DNA from: a virus
Taxonomy: Duplodnaviria > Heunggongvirae > Uroviricota > Caudoviricetes
Strand: one strand, 5' to 3'
Virus record (IMG/VR): IMGVR_UViG_3300031413_000570
DNA: 64,000 bases
Positions 48,516 through 56,311 of this stretch are shown here, one piece after another. Position numbers and translations under genes: made by a program. The first letter of the stretch is position 1, and every line of letters starts with the position of its first letter. Below the pieces are notes generated by a model. The model did not search any database. It was given only the letters and a program-made list of their open reading frames with translations, and was not told the DNA's origin.

Positions 48516-49955
48516 TTATGCCAAGTTATTCTTAATCCAGGCCAAACCAGATTCACGGGTGCGGAAGCCATCCGCATATTGAGCTGCTCGGGCTTCGTCC
48601 AAAGAAATTCTCATCCAAGGACCTGGACGACGGTCAGGGAACAACGCCATCAAGTCTTCACCTTTGACCAAATCAGGTTCAGGTCCATCAAGAAGACCTA
48701 AAGTGTGGGCTGTGTTCTGAATACGTTCTGCTTTTTCAGTCTCACCACGAGATTTAGCCAGGTAAACCCAATCCTGAATGGTGTTGTGACGGGTCAAAGA
48801 CTTAGCCCAGTGTCTCATCGTCGCTTTCTCTTCGTCCTCAGGAAGCTTCAGACGAGAAAGGTTGTAAGCACCGTTCTTAGCATCATCCCCGATAGTTGTG
48901 TAGCTGAGGAAACTCTTAGCATCATTATCATTCAAATGTGAAGCAATGTTTGCTGACAAAACGTAAGCATACTTACTCTTAGGAATTGTTCCATCGTCAG
49001 CTAACGCCTGAGTCCTTTGCAAATTCTGACCCAATTTTCCATCATTGGCTTCAGCTAATCCACTGAAGTTAGCATCCCAGCCAGTAGACTTCAGCAGTTG
49101 GAAAGCTTTGTGAGGAGCTTTACCTTTTGAGTAGAGTTTCTCAAACTCAGTTTGAACACGCTCTTTAGCTAAATCCTGGAACTGTGGCTGTAAAGTCTGG
49201 GCTTTCACAACAGTGTCAGGGTGAAGCTCCATGTCGAAACGAGAAGCCATCTGAACTCCACGAAGAACACGCAAAGGGTCTTCATCAAAAGCATCAGAGA
49301 TGTGACGCAGTTGCTTTTTGTCTAAGTCTTCAAGACCTTCATGCTTGTCGATGATGTACCCAAGCTGATTATCATACATCAAAGCGTTGATGGTGAAATC
49401 ACGACGAGCTGTTGCTTCATACATTGAAAGCTCTGGAAGCAGTTCAGTGGTGAAGCCTCGATGACCGTCACCCACTTTAGAATCTTTACGAGGAAGGGAC
49501 ACATCAAAGTCTTCTCCCCCGATTTGGATTTTAAGCACACCGAAAGATTTGCCTACTTCATCAACTTGCCCAATTTTACGCAAAGAGGCAACAACTTCTT
49601 CAGGGGTAGCTTTGTACACTTCGATGTCAACATCTTTGGAGTCAAGTCCCAACAACGCATCACGAACGCTTCCACCTACAACGTAAGGTTCATAACCGTC
49701 TTCACGTAACTGGTTCAAGACACGCTGTGCATTCTCGGTGAGTTCCATGGAATAGGCACGGATTTTACCGCCATCAGCAGTCAGATGAGCTTTCTTCTCT
49801 CGAAGTTTCTCCATCTCATCGGTGATACTGGCAACACGATCAGTATTACCTTGCTTAGCATGGTACTGCTTCTGGGCTTGCAAATTCCTTACGTGAATGC
49901 CGAACGCGTTATCTGAGTTGCAACGGCGTCCACCGTCTTCTAATTTTCTACACAT
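48516..49955 (-). CDS. cca: Class II tRNA nucleotidyltransferase (CCA-adding-like) with Cys-rich leader
   Basis: MCRKLEDGGRRC leader; VGGSVRD, DVDIE, RRDFTINA, EDPLRVLRG, ERVQTEFEK. Confidence 0.85.
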   Translation of the reverse strand: MCRKLEDGGRRCNSDNAFGIHVRNLQAQKQYHAKQGNTDRVASITDEMEKLREKKAHLTADGGKIRAYSMELTENAQRVLNQLREDGYEPYVVGGSVRDALLGLDSKDVDIEVYKATPEEVVASLRKIGQVDEVGKSFGVLKIQIGGEDFDVSLPRKDSKVGDGHRGFTTELLPELSMYEATARRDFTINALMYDNQLGYIIDKHEGLEDLDKKQLRHISDAFDEDPLRVLRGVQMASRFDMELHPDTVVKAQTLQPQFQDLAKERVQTEFEKLYSKGKAPHKAFQLLKSTGWDANFSGLAEANDGKLGQNLQRTQALADDGTIPKSKYAYVLSANIASHLNDNDAKSFLSYTTIGDDAKNGAYNLSRLKLPEDEEKATMRHWAKSLTRHNTIQDWVYLAKSRGETEKAERIQNTAHTLGLLDGPEPDLVKGEDLMALFPDRRPGPWMRISLDEARAAQYADGFRTRESGLAWIKNNLA

Positions 49956-50046
49956 CTGATTATCCTTACTCTATGTCCCTTATACCTATCGGTTAAATGA
50001 GTGTGGCCACCTGGAACATGTCAGATGGCCACACTCATGCTGCTTT

Positions 50047-50388
50047 TTACTCGTTTAGAGCAGTTCCTGTGATGGGAGTAAACAGCTCAGCAGGAAGACC
50101 AGTGAAGTCCCCATCAAGAATGCGGGCATCTTTAGCAATGGCCTGGACTCCGTTGTTGGAAACAACCAAAAAGTCACCAATTGCAACGATGACTCGTGTC
50201 TCATAACCTCCACGCTGGTCACCATCAACAACAACAAACCCCTGCTTCTTCAGCTTACCCCTAATGACATCTTTAGGGTCCACTCCGGCAAAAGCGTGGA
50301 GGTTATTAGCAATCTCCTTCAGGTCCTCCTGCTTTACAGTGCTTACCGTGATAACAGGAAGAACTGGACGGAACTGGAACTTAGGCAT
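50047..50388 (-). CDS. Hypothetical protein
   Basis: 113 aa ORF co-oriented with neighbours. Confidence 0.6.
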   Translation of the reverse strand: MPKFQFRPVLPVITVSTVKQEDLKEIANNLHAFAGVDPKDVIRGKLKKQGFVVVDGDQRGGYETRVIVAIGDFLVVSNNGVQAIAKDARILDGDFTGLPAELFTPITGTALNE

Positions 50389-50465
50389 AATGTTTTTCTT
50401 TCGTCAAATGGATAGAAACCAAACTTGAATACAGCTCACACTATACTCTTGTATCAATGTTTGTG

Positions 50466-51113
50466 TCAAGCTAATTTGTTAAACATTTGTTCATCATCAA
50501 TGAACCGGTTCTTCAGTTTATCCAGCCATGCCAGGTTCTTGATTTTGAAAGAAGTTAAACGATTACGGTTATCGTAGCCACCTTTACAAACTACTCCTTC
50601 GAAAGTCATACCTTCCAGCGAACCTGTTTTCACTGCAGAAATGAACTCTTGGGAAGGTTTACCTTCAAACAACAGTTCAGGAGTATCGACATGCTTGAAT
50701 ATTTTGTTGAAATCTTTTGGAGGTAACATGCCTTGCTTATACACATGAACATCAAAAAGTGTTACATCATGAGGTTCGTCTTCGTGATATCCAGCGAAGC
50801 TGTGTTCTCCGTAGAATTCAAAGAAAGCTGTTGCTTTCTGATACTTCTGTTTACGGAAAATTTCATCCAGAACTTCGGTATATTTTTCTTGAATCAAAGG
50901 GATTGCTTCTCCCAGTAACGGGTTAGACGTGTCAATTAGTTGACGACGCGAACCGAACTTTGAGAACCCTGTCTTACGATTCCATTCAGCACGTATGTTA
51001 GAGCCATCTAACTTGTCGTATGCATAAATGTGGGTATTGCGAATAATCTTATCAATAGATGGGTATTGTTCCACCAGGTTACTTACTTTCTTAAATAGAA
51101 TGGTTGCCTGCAC
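50466..51113 (-). CDS. ATP-dependent RNA ligase-like nucleotidyltransferase
   Basis: Motif I DKLDGSN, III FEFYG, IIIa LFDVH, IV EGVVCK, V FKIKN; no OB domain. Confidence 0.75.
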   Translation of the reverse strand: MQATILFKKVSNLVEQYPSIDKIIRNTHIYAYDKLDGSNIRAEWNRKTGFSKFGSRRQLIDTSNPLLGEAIPLIQEKYTEVLDEIFRKQKYQKATAFFEFYGEHSFAGYHEDEPHDVTLFDVHVYKQGMLPPKDFNKIFKHVDTPELLFEGKPSQEFISAVKTGSLEGMTFEGVVCKGGYDNRNRLTSFKIKNLAWLDKLKNRFIDDEQMFNKLA

Positions 51114-51218
51114 TCAGGTGGAGTTAACTCGACACCTGATGAGGTTTATGTCATTAGAAGTAAGATTAGTAGTTCAGCATGGTTTTATTATAGCATGCTT
51201 TACTGCTGGATGCCAACT

Positions 51219-51620
51219 TTATTTGAAAACGCCGAAACAGGTAGTTTCCCCAACAGCTACCTGACGTGTCTGCAAGGTAGCTGAGCTGTTAGCAAACATT
51301 TTACCGGTGGTGGATTTTGAAGCTGACGCGTAAGTTAGTCCGTCAGCAGAGATGGTGCTACAGGTTTTATCGTTCACGGCTAACAATTTCTTATCAACCA
51401 GTTGAGCTTGAGTGCCATAGACATCATAAGCTTGCTTGTATGAGTTTTGTGCCGTGGACAGAGAAGTCAAAGCTTGTCTTGCTGAGTTGTTCTGAGCCCA
51501 AGGAATGATACCTAACACAGTCACAGATGTAATCCCAGCAAGAACACCTACTACAATAATTCCCACGATGATGGAAGGAAGGTCAACTGCACCTTTTGAA
51601 GATTTGAAAAGGTTCATCAT
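51219..51620 (-). CDS. Type IV pilin-like protein (class III signal peptide-like N-terminus)
   Basis: KSSKG-AVDLPSIIVGIIVVGVLAGI..IIPWAQ. Confidence 0.55.
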   Translation of the reverse strand: MMNLFKSSKGAVDLPSIIVGIIVVGVLAGITSVTVLGIIPWAQNNSARQALTSLSTAQNSYKQAYDVYGTQAQLVDKKLLAVNDKTCSTISADGLTYASASKSTTGKMFANSSATLQTRQVAVGETTCFGVFK

Positions 51621-51688
51621 ATGGTTCCTGATAAAAAGGTCATGTGTCTTACACATTATCGGGCGTTAGAAGGAAATAGGGTGTTTCC

Positions 51689-51916
51689 CTAATCGTGCTC
51701 AGCTACACCGTGTTCTTCGTCAATTTCACGATGGACATCTCGTTTGACACGAGGGATGATTATCTTCTTGATAATGAACCCCCATATGACTGAGACAATC
51801 AAAATGTCAAAAACAACTGAGAATGCAAGTTCAAATAGAAGGTGAGCTGGGTCTGTTGCTATTTCAACGAACTCTTCAAGGACACTTCCTCCAGCTGAAT
51901 GAAGGAAGAACATCAA
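51689..51916 (-). CDS. Small membrane protein
   Basis: One long hydrophobic helix; start overlaps the upstream stop. Confidence 0.55.
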   Translation of the reverse strand: MMFFLHSAGGSVLEEFVEIATDPAHLLFELAFSVVFDILIVSVIWGFIIKKIIIPRVKRDVHREIDEEHGVAEHD

Positions 51917-52818
51917 GCTGCTTTCTCAGGAGAGTAACGGCGTTGAATATCGAGAAGCTTTGCTTTACCGTCAGTTAACTGGTTCAGAATGTTTTTGTAA
52001 CCAATCTCTGAAATTGGCAAGTCATTGTTGACGTAACCTTGTTTCACTCTGTGTGTAAGCTCATCAATGACTCCAAGATACTTGGTTGATTTTTTGTACA
52101 ATGACACTGCGGACATTCCTGCTTCAGTGTGGTGAAGTGACAAAGCATTGTCAGTGAAGTCACTGATTTTACCAACAGCTACACGAGGATTTTTGATAGC
52201 TTCGATTACATGGTCACGGTACACTGCATTTTTCTGAGCTGCCGGCATGTAACGGTCTTCGCTGATAGGGTTTGACATACCTTCAACCATTCGGGCTGCA
52301 TTTTTACCAAAGTTCTTTTCGATGTAACGGTAAGAAATCTCACGAGCGTGTTCTTCGTCACGTGGTTCTTCTTTGGCGTATTCACGAGCAATCTCAAAAG
52401 GGTGGTCTTCCACAGTGTCGTGAAGTAATGAGCCAATCAGAGTTGCTTCATCATCGCACCCGTATCGAATGATTCTTAGAGTGTTACGCAGAGGGTGTTC
52501 GATGTAAGGAGTGCGCTCATGGTAGGCACGGTTAGCTCTTGTGTCTGTCTTATGTAAATCAGCTGCGAGAAGTAAAGCCTTCTTTACTCTGGCTGCGTTG
52601 ATGCTGGGAGTCTTGTTAGCGTAAGCCATGACAACTGAAGCGATCTGGGTGCTGTCATAAGTCTTCAAAGCAGTAGTGAAAATCGCTTTATTTGAATGCT
52701 GGAGAGGGTACTTCACGTATTCACGAATTTCACGGTGAGCATCAAAACCCAAACCTGTACCATGTTTCCAGCAGGTTTTTGGGTTCTTAGCTCGGCATCT
52801 GTCTGTTGTAGTAGTCAT
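51913..52818 (-). CDS. RelA/SpoT-type HD hydrolase (small alarmone hydrolase/Mesh1-like) with Cys-rich leader
   Basis: RCRAKNPKTCWKHG leader; TPYIEHP, LLHDTVED, GKISDFTDN. Confidence 0.7.
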   Translation of the reverse strand: MTTTTDRCRAKNPKTCWKHGTGLGFDAHREIREYVKYPLQHSNKAIFTTALKTYDSTQIASVVMAYANKTPSINAARVKKALLLAADLHKTDTRANRAYHERTPYIEHPLRNTLRIIRYGCDDEATLIGSLLHDTVEDHPFEIAREYAKEEPRDEEHAREISYRYIEKNFGKNAARMVEGMSNPISEDRYMPAAQKNAVYRDHVIEAIKNPRVAVGKISDFTDNALSLHHTEAGMSAVSLYKKSTKYLGVIDELTHRVKQGYVNNDLPISEIGYKNILNQLTDGKAKLLDIQRRYSPEKAA

Positions 52819-52850
52819 AATCTATCTCTAACGATAGCATGACATGTTTA

Positions 52851-53528
52851 TCAACCGTTTAATGAATAGAAAGCAACTGAGTCAGTCCAAATTGGTGAAA
52901 TCTTTGTGACATCCCCCGGTTTTGAAGCATGAATGAGTTTGTTGTTGCCTAAGTAAATTCCAATGTGGTACTCAGAAGCTCCACTGTAGAACACTACGAA
53001 GTCCCCTGGCTGAGCTTCAGCTCGTGACACAGGATGAGTGTAGGCAGAGTGTGCTTCACTGCTGACACCATGAGGGAAGTCAATGCCGGTTACCTGATTT
53101 GTAACCCATTTGACATACCCTGAGCAGTCCCAACCTGAAGGAGTTGCTCCGCCGAACACGTACGGCACACCTTCATACTGTAAAGCAAGCTGGACAATCT
53201 GTTCTTTGGTGCTACCGTTGAGAGCAGTAGGAACAACTGGAATGGATGTAGTGGGTGTTGTAGTTGTGACAGCTGTGGCTGAAGTGAAAGGAGCTGATTC
53301 AGGGGCAGGAGGGTCAGTTACAGTGTAACTGTCTCGGGAGATATCTGCAGCTACTGAATCTGATGATGCAGTGAAAGTTTGGGTGTTTTCAGAATCTGTT
53401 GCGTAGATGCTTGAAAGGTCTAACGCTTGGGTGGTTGATTCTGGTTCTGGGAGTACAGAGATGGGGGTTGTTGCTGTTGTGATGATTGTAGAAATGGCAA
53501 TAAGAGGGGATAAAACGGTAACGCTCAT
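52851..53528 (-). CDS. NlpC/P60 peptidoglycan endopeptidase, secreted
   Basis: GVPYVFGG..PSGWDCSG, PGDFV, HIGIYLG..LIHAS; hydrophobic N-terminus. Confidence 0.9.
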   Translation of the reverse strand: MSVTVLSPLIAISTIITTATTPISVLPEPESTTQALDLSSIYATDSENTQTFTASSDSVAADISRDSYTVTDPPAPESAPFTSATAVTTTTPTTSIPVVPTALNGSTKEQIVQLALQYEGVPYVFGGATPSGWDCSGYVKWVTNQVTGIDFPHGVSSEAHSAYTHPVSRAEAQPGDFVVFYSGASEYHIGIYLGNNKLIHASKPGDVTKISPIWTDSVAFYSLNG

Positions 53529-53825
53529 GAAAGAAAAAAGTCCTTGAGTAAACACAAAATAATGTAACGGAAAGATAACGACCTTATACTCTATCGTCTC
53601 CAAATGCGAATTCGTACATGTTTGACATTTTTAATGTCGCTTTAGGAGTAGGTCGCGCCGATTGGAGGCTTTGAGCCCAGAGTTTGGTCGTTATCAAAGA
53701 TCAATTCGCCAGGTTGATTTAGACGAACCTGACAAGCTTATCACACCAGAAACAAGTAGTTACAGCTCATGTAACTCTCACAGCATCCTCTAAGTTCATT
53801 TGATTCGTCACCAGTAGTTCCTGGC

Positions 53826-54029
53826 TTAGAATGTGGTACTTTCTCTATAAGCCATCCGTCTGCCCTGAGGTGAACTCTTCAATGCCGCTGAGTGGAAAGC
53901 AAGAACAGCTTTAGCTAAACGAATTTTCTGATTCTCAAAACTGTCATCCCAGCTTTCTGATTGCTTAGCTAAATACTTAGCTTCGTCAAGATCGATGACA
54001 AGTTCGTTAGTTTTCCCTAAATACTTCAT
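53826..54029 (-). CDS. Small hypothetical protein (likely leaderless)
   Basis: tggTACAAT 6 nt before ATG. Confidence 0.55.
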   Translation of the reverse strand: MKYLGKTNELVIDLDEAKYLAKQSESWDDSFENQKIRLAKAVLAFHSAALKSSPQGRRMAYRESTTF

Positions 54030-54127
54030 GCTCTTATTGTACCATTCTGACGAAGAAAAGACTCTGTAGCCTTTTTCTTTCTCAGAAAAGAGTTGAGGAC
54101 CGATATGTAATACTGTTAAGAAGCATG

Positions 54128-54149
54128 GCCGCCTACGGGCGGCTTTTTT
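54128..54149 (+). terminator. Short GC hairpin plus T-run
   Basis: gccgcc-tacg-ggcggc-tttttt. Confidence 0.7.
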
Positions 54150-54204
54150 AGTTTAACCACATGTCCGATCCGTACACATCAAACAAAGTGAAACACCTCA
54201 ACCA

Positions 54205-54879
54205 ATGAACTCTCTTGTCATCATCATCGGGATACTCTCCTCCATCTGCTTAGTCATGTCCGGACTGTCCACCCAAAGAAAGCGTATGCTTATCTTTGCT
54301 GTTGCGACCAGTGCTCTATGCGTTGTACAGTACAGCCTCACCGGTTCGATTCTTGCTCTCATCATCTGCTTCATCGGAATCTTCCGAAACTTGACAGCTT
54401 TAGCTGCGATTAAGTGGCCCATCTTCCACAGCTGGATGTTTTTGGTGTTCTTCTTACTAATGAACACGGGAGCATTTCTTGTGACCGCTAAATGGGATGC
54501 ATTCAATGCTATTGACACTCTTCCGTTGATTGGTTCGTACCTTGGAACAGTCGCCATTTTCTTCAGCAAGATGACAATTACAAAAAGCTTCATGATTGCC
54601 TGTGGAGCTACGTGGCTGTTCTACGAATACCACGCTGGAATTTACGGTCAGATGGTTGGTGAGACATTCACTCTGGTAGCTAACGTTGTAGCTCTTGCCA
54701 CTCTTATGTCCGCATCTCGTCGCGGTGTTGCTGAACAGGATGTTGACAACGTGGACACTCAGATTATTGAAGTAATTACCAGCAGCATTCCTGTCATCAC
54801 AGAAAAAGTCCGCACGGCAACCATTCCAGTAATGACAGTTGCAACAGCCTCAATCCCTGTTTACAAGAACGAGAAATAA
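54205..54879 (+). CDS. Polytopic membrane protein (YgjV-like)
   Basis: Repeated transmembrane helices, W..Y...G.Y motif near the C-terminus. Confidence 0.6.
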   Translation: MNSLVIIIGILSSICLVMSGLSTQRKRMLIFAVATSALCVVQYSLTGSILALIICFIGIFRNLTALAAIKWPIFHSWMFLVFFLLMNTGAFLVTAKWDAFNAIDTLPLIGSYLGTVAIFFSKMTITKSFMIACGATWLFYEYHAGIYGQMVGETFTLVANVVALATLMSASRRGVAEQDVDNVDTQIIEVITSSIPVITEKVRTATIPVMTVATASIPVYKNEK

Positions 54880-54880
54880 A

Positions 54881-54913
54881 AAGAAGGGGAACCTTCTGCA
54901 GGTTCCCCTTCTT
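54881..54913. terminator. Bidirectional terminator
   Basis: aagaaggggaacct / aggttccccttctt. Confidence 0.8.
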
Positions 54914-54937
54914 CGCTATGTGCGTTGTGTTATTACT

Positions 54938-54966
54938 ATTCTACCATTAAAGTGCTGGTCAGACAA
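54938..54966 (-). promoter_or_regulatory. Primary-sigma-type promoter with no ORF before the next terminator
   Basis: TTGTCT-N17-TAGAAT with extended TG. Confidence 0.6.
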
Positions 54967-54970
54967 GAGA

Positions 54971-55014
54971 ATAAGCCCCAAAAACCTTGATTTTATAAGG
55001 TTTTTGGGGCTTAT
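54971..55014 (-). terminator. Terminator of the tRNA-like gene
   Basis: ataagccccaaaaacctt / aaggtttttggggcttat. Confidence 0.8.
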
Positions 55015-55023
55015 CTATTTTGA

Positions 55024-55152
55024 TTCCGCTGACGGGATTTGAACCCGTGTCTTCTATTTTTTCGCTGGCGCGCTTTCCCACGAATGACTCATGTAGGTTT
55101 GCAACCCTACTCAAATCAATTAGATGTTCTACCGAACTAATACTACAGCGGC
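55024..55152 (-). tRNA. tRNA-like gene with about 55 nt inserted in the anticodon loop (Ile-GAT or Phe-GAA if spliced; no encoded CCA)
   Basis: Acceptor GCCGCTG/CAGCGGA (G1:A72 mismatch), D-region TAGTATTAGTTCGGTAGAAC, stem TCTA/TAGA, T-arm ACGGG-TTCAAAT-CCCGT; own promoter and terminator. Confidence 0.65.
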
Positions 55153-55171
55153 ATGTTTTGTTGTTATCTCT

Positions 55172-55200
55172 ACTGTAACACACTCTAAATCAGAATGCAA
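55172..55200 (-). promoter_or_regulatory. Primary-sigma-type promoter of the tRNA-like gene
   Basis: TTGCAT-N17-TACAGT with extended TG, about 20 nt upstream of G1. Confidence 0.7.
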
Positions 55201-55208
55201 ATCCTTTT

Positions 55209-55391
55209 TCAAACTGCGGATGAAAGAATTTTCATGATGACAATAGAAGCTACAACAAGAATCACTAAGGCCACCAAAGGAGCAATGACAACGCCTCTGG
55301 CCAGGTACGGTTTGGGTGGACCTAACTCGTCAAGAGAGACAGTCTTGTCATGTTCAAAATAAGAGGATTCATCAGCAGTTTTATTTCCCAT
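55209..55391 (-). CDS. Small membrane protein
   Basis: 60 aa with one hydrophobic helix. Confidence 0.5.
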   Translation of the reverse strand: MGNKTADESSYFEHDKTVSLDELGPPKPYLARGVVIAPLVALVILVVASIVIMKILSSAV

Positions 55392-55492
55392 GAATAGAGA
55401 TATCGGTCATGAACTGCATCTGGTCGAAAGACTTTGAAAAGGGGTCAAATTGTGGTAAAATAAGGTAACTTAAAGGCTTGGAGAGAACCATC

Positions 55493-55927
55493 ATGGAATT
55501 TGTCATCAAAGACGCCACCCCTAAACCACAGACACCCAACTCATTCGAAGTAGACATCTCAACCATCATCGGAGATGACGAAGCCTACCAATCTTTCGTC
55601 GTTGGTCCTTTCATTAAAGACCAAGATGAGTACGCCTTGCAGAACCTGCTTGAGACTCTGACTGCAATGACGGCAATCGAACCTAACGGCATGGCTGACG
55701 GAGAACATTACGATGAACTTCCAGAGTTCAGAGCCTGGTTCAAAAACTCTAACGAATATGCAAATGAAGACGAAGTGCCTCTGGAACCTTGGAAGAATGT
55801 AAACCCTAAATGGTCGTTCTACTGGGTGACAGACGCCTACTCTTACGAACACAACAGGTATAATTCGTACACTGTTTACTATTATGATGAAAACCTTGTC
55901 CAGCACAGTGTATACGTGCAACTCTAA
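55493..55927 (+). CDS. Hypothetical protein
   Basis: ggag RBS before ATG 55493; Tyr/Trp-rich C-terminus. Confidence 0.65.
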   Translation: MEFVIKDATPKPQTPNSFEVDISTIIGDDEAYQSFVVGPFIKDQDEYALQNLLETLTAMTAIEPNGMADGEHYDELPEFRAWFKNSNEYANEDEVPLEPWKNVNPKWSFYWVTDAYSYEHNRYNSYTVYYYDENLVQHSVYVQL

Positions 55928-55951
55928 CTTACCTTTAGAAAGAAGTAGAAT

Positions 55952-56269
55952 ATGAGTGATACAACAAAGACTACCAAAGCCGTAAAAGCAACAAAAGAGA
56001 AAGCGCCCAAACCTCCGAAAGTCACCAAAGCGGAGAAGATGATGGAAGAGCGTGCTGTTCATAACTTCGAGAACACGTGTGCTGCAGTGAAAAGTGTTTC
56101 ACCCAGCTTTATTCGTGTGGCCATCGAAGCTTTGGAAAAAGCTAATCTCACTGCAAAAAGCAAGAATCGTATTCTTGTAGGCAAAGCTGCAGTTGAAGAG
56201 AAGATGAAAACAACTCCGAAGATTGTTCTGCCTAAAGAATGGTCCAAGCTTGATGAGCTGACCAAATGA
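55952..56269 (+). CDS. Small basic hypothetical protein
   Basis: Lys-rich N-terminus; followed by a terminator. Confidence 0.65.
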   Translation: MSDTTKTTKAVKATKEKAPKPPKVTKAEKMMEERAVHNFENTCAAVKSVSPSFIRVAIEALEKANLTAKSKNRILVGKAAVEEKMKTTPKIVLPKEWSKLDELTK

Positions 56270-56304
56270 AGAAAGCCCCTCATAATTGAGGGGCTTTCTT
56301 CATT
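56265..56304. terminator. Bidirectional terminator
   Basis: aatgaagaaagcccctca / tgaggggctttcttcatt. Confidence 0.85.
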
Positions 56305-56311
56305 ATTAAAG

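Noticed and set aside
53600-53825. c-di-AMP (ydaO) riboswitch upstream of NlpC/P60
   Set aside because: The conserved GCUGAAUCC and GGGGAACC segments were not found on the relevant strand.
55057-55120. Hammerhead ribozyme in the anticodon insertion (ATGAGTC...CGAAA)
   Set aside because: The required CUGANGA core is not present (the sequence reads CTACATGAG), and stems I-III cannot be formed.
55024-55152. tmRNA interpretation of the tRNA-like element
   Set aside because: It has C3-G70 rather than the G3-U70 alanine determinant, is far too short and has no tag reading frame.
6867-56062. Other long antisense or overlapping ORFs (e.g. 6867..7313, 10963..11454, 18227..18628, 23956..24513, 25913..26344, 55559..56062)
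   Set aside because: Each overlaps a better-supported gene on the opposite strand and shows no recognisable motifs.
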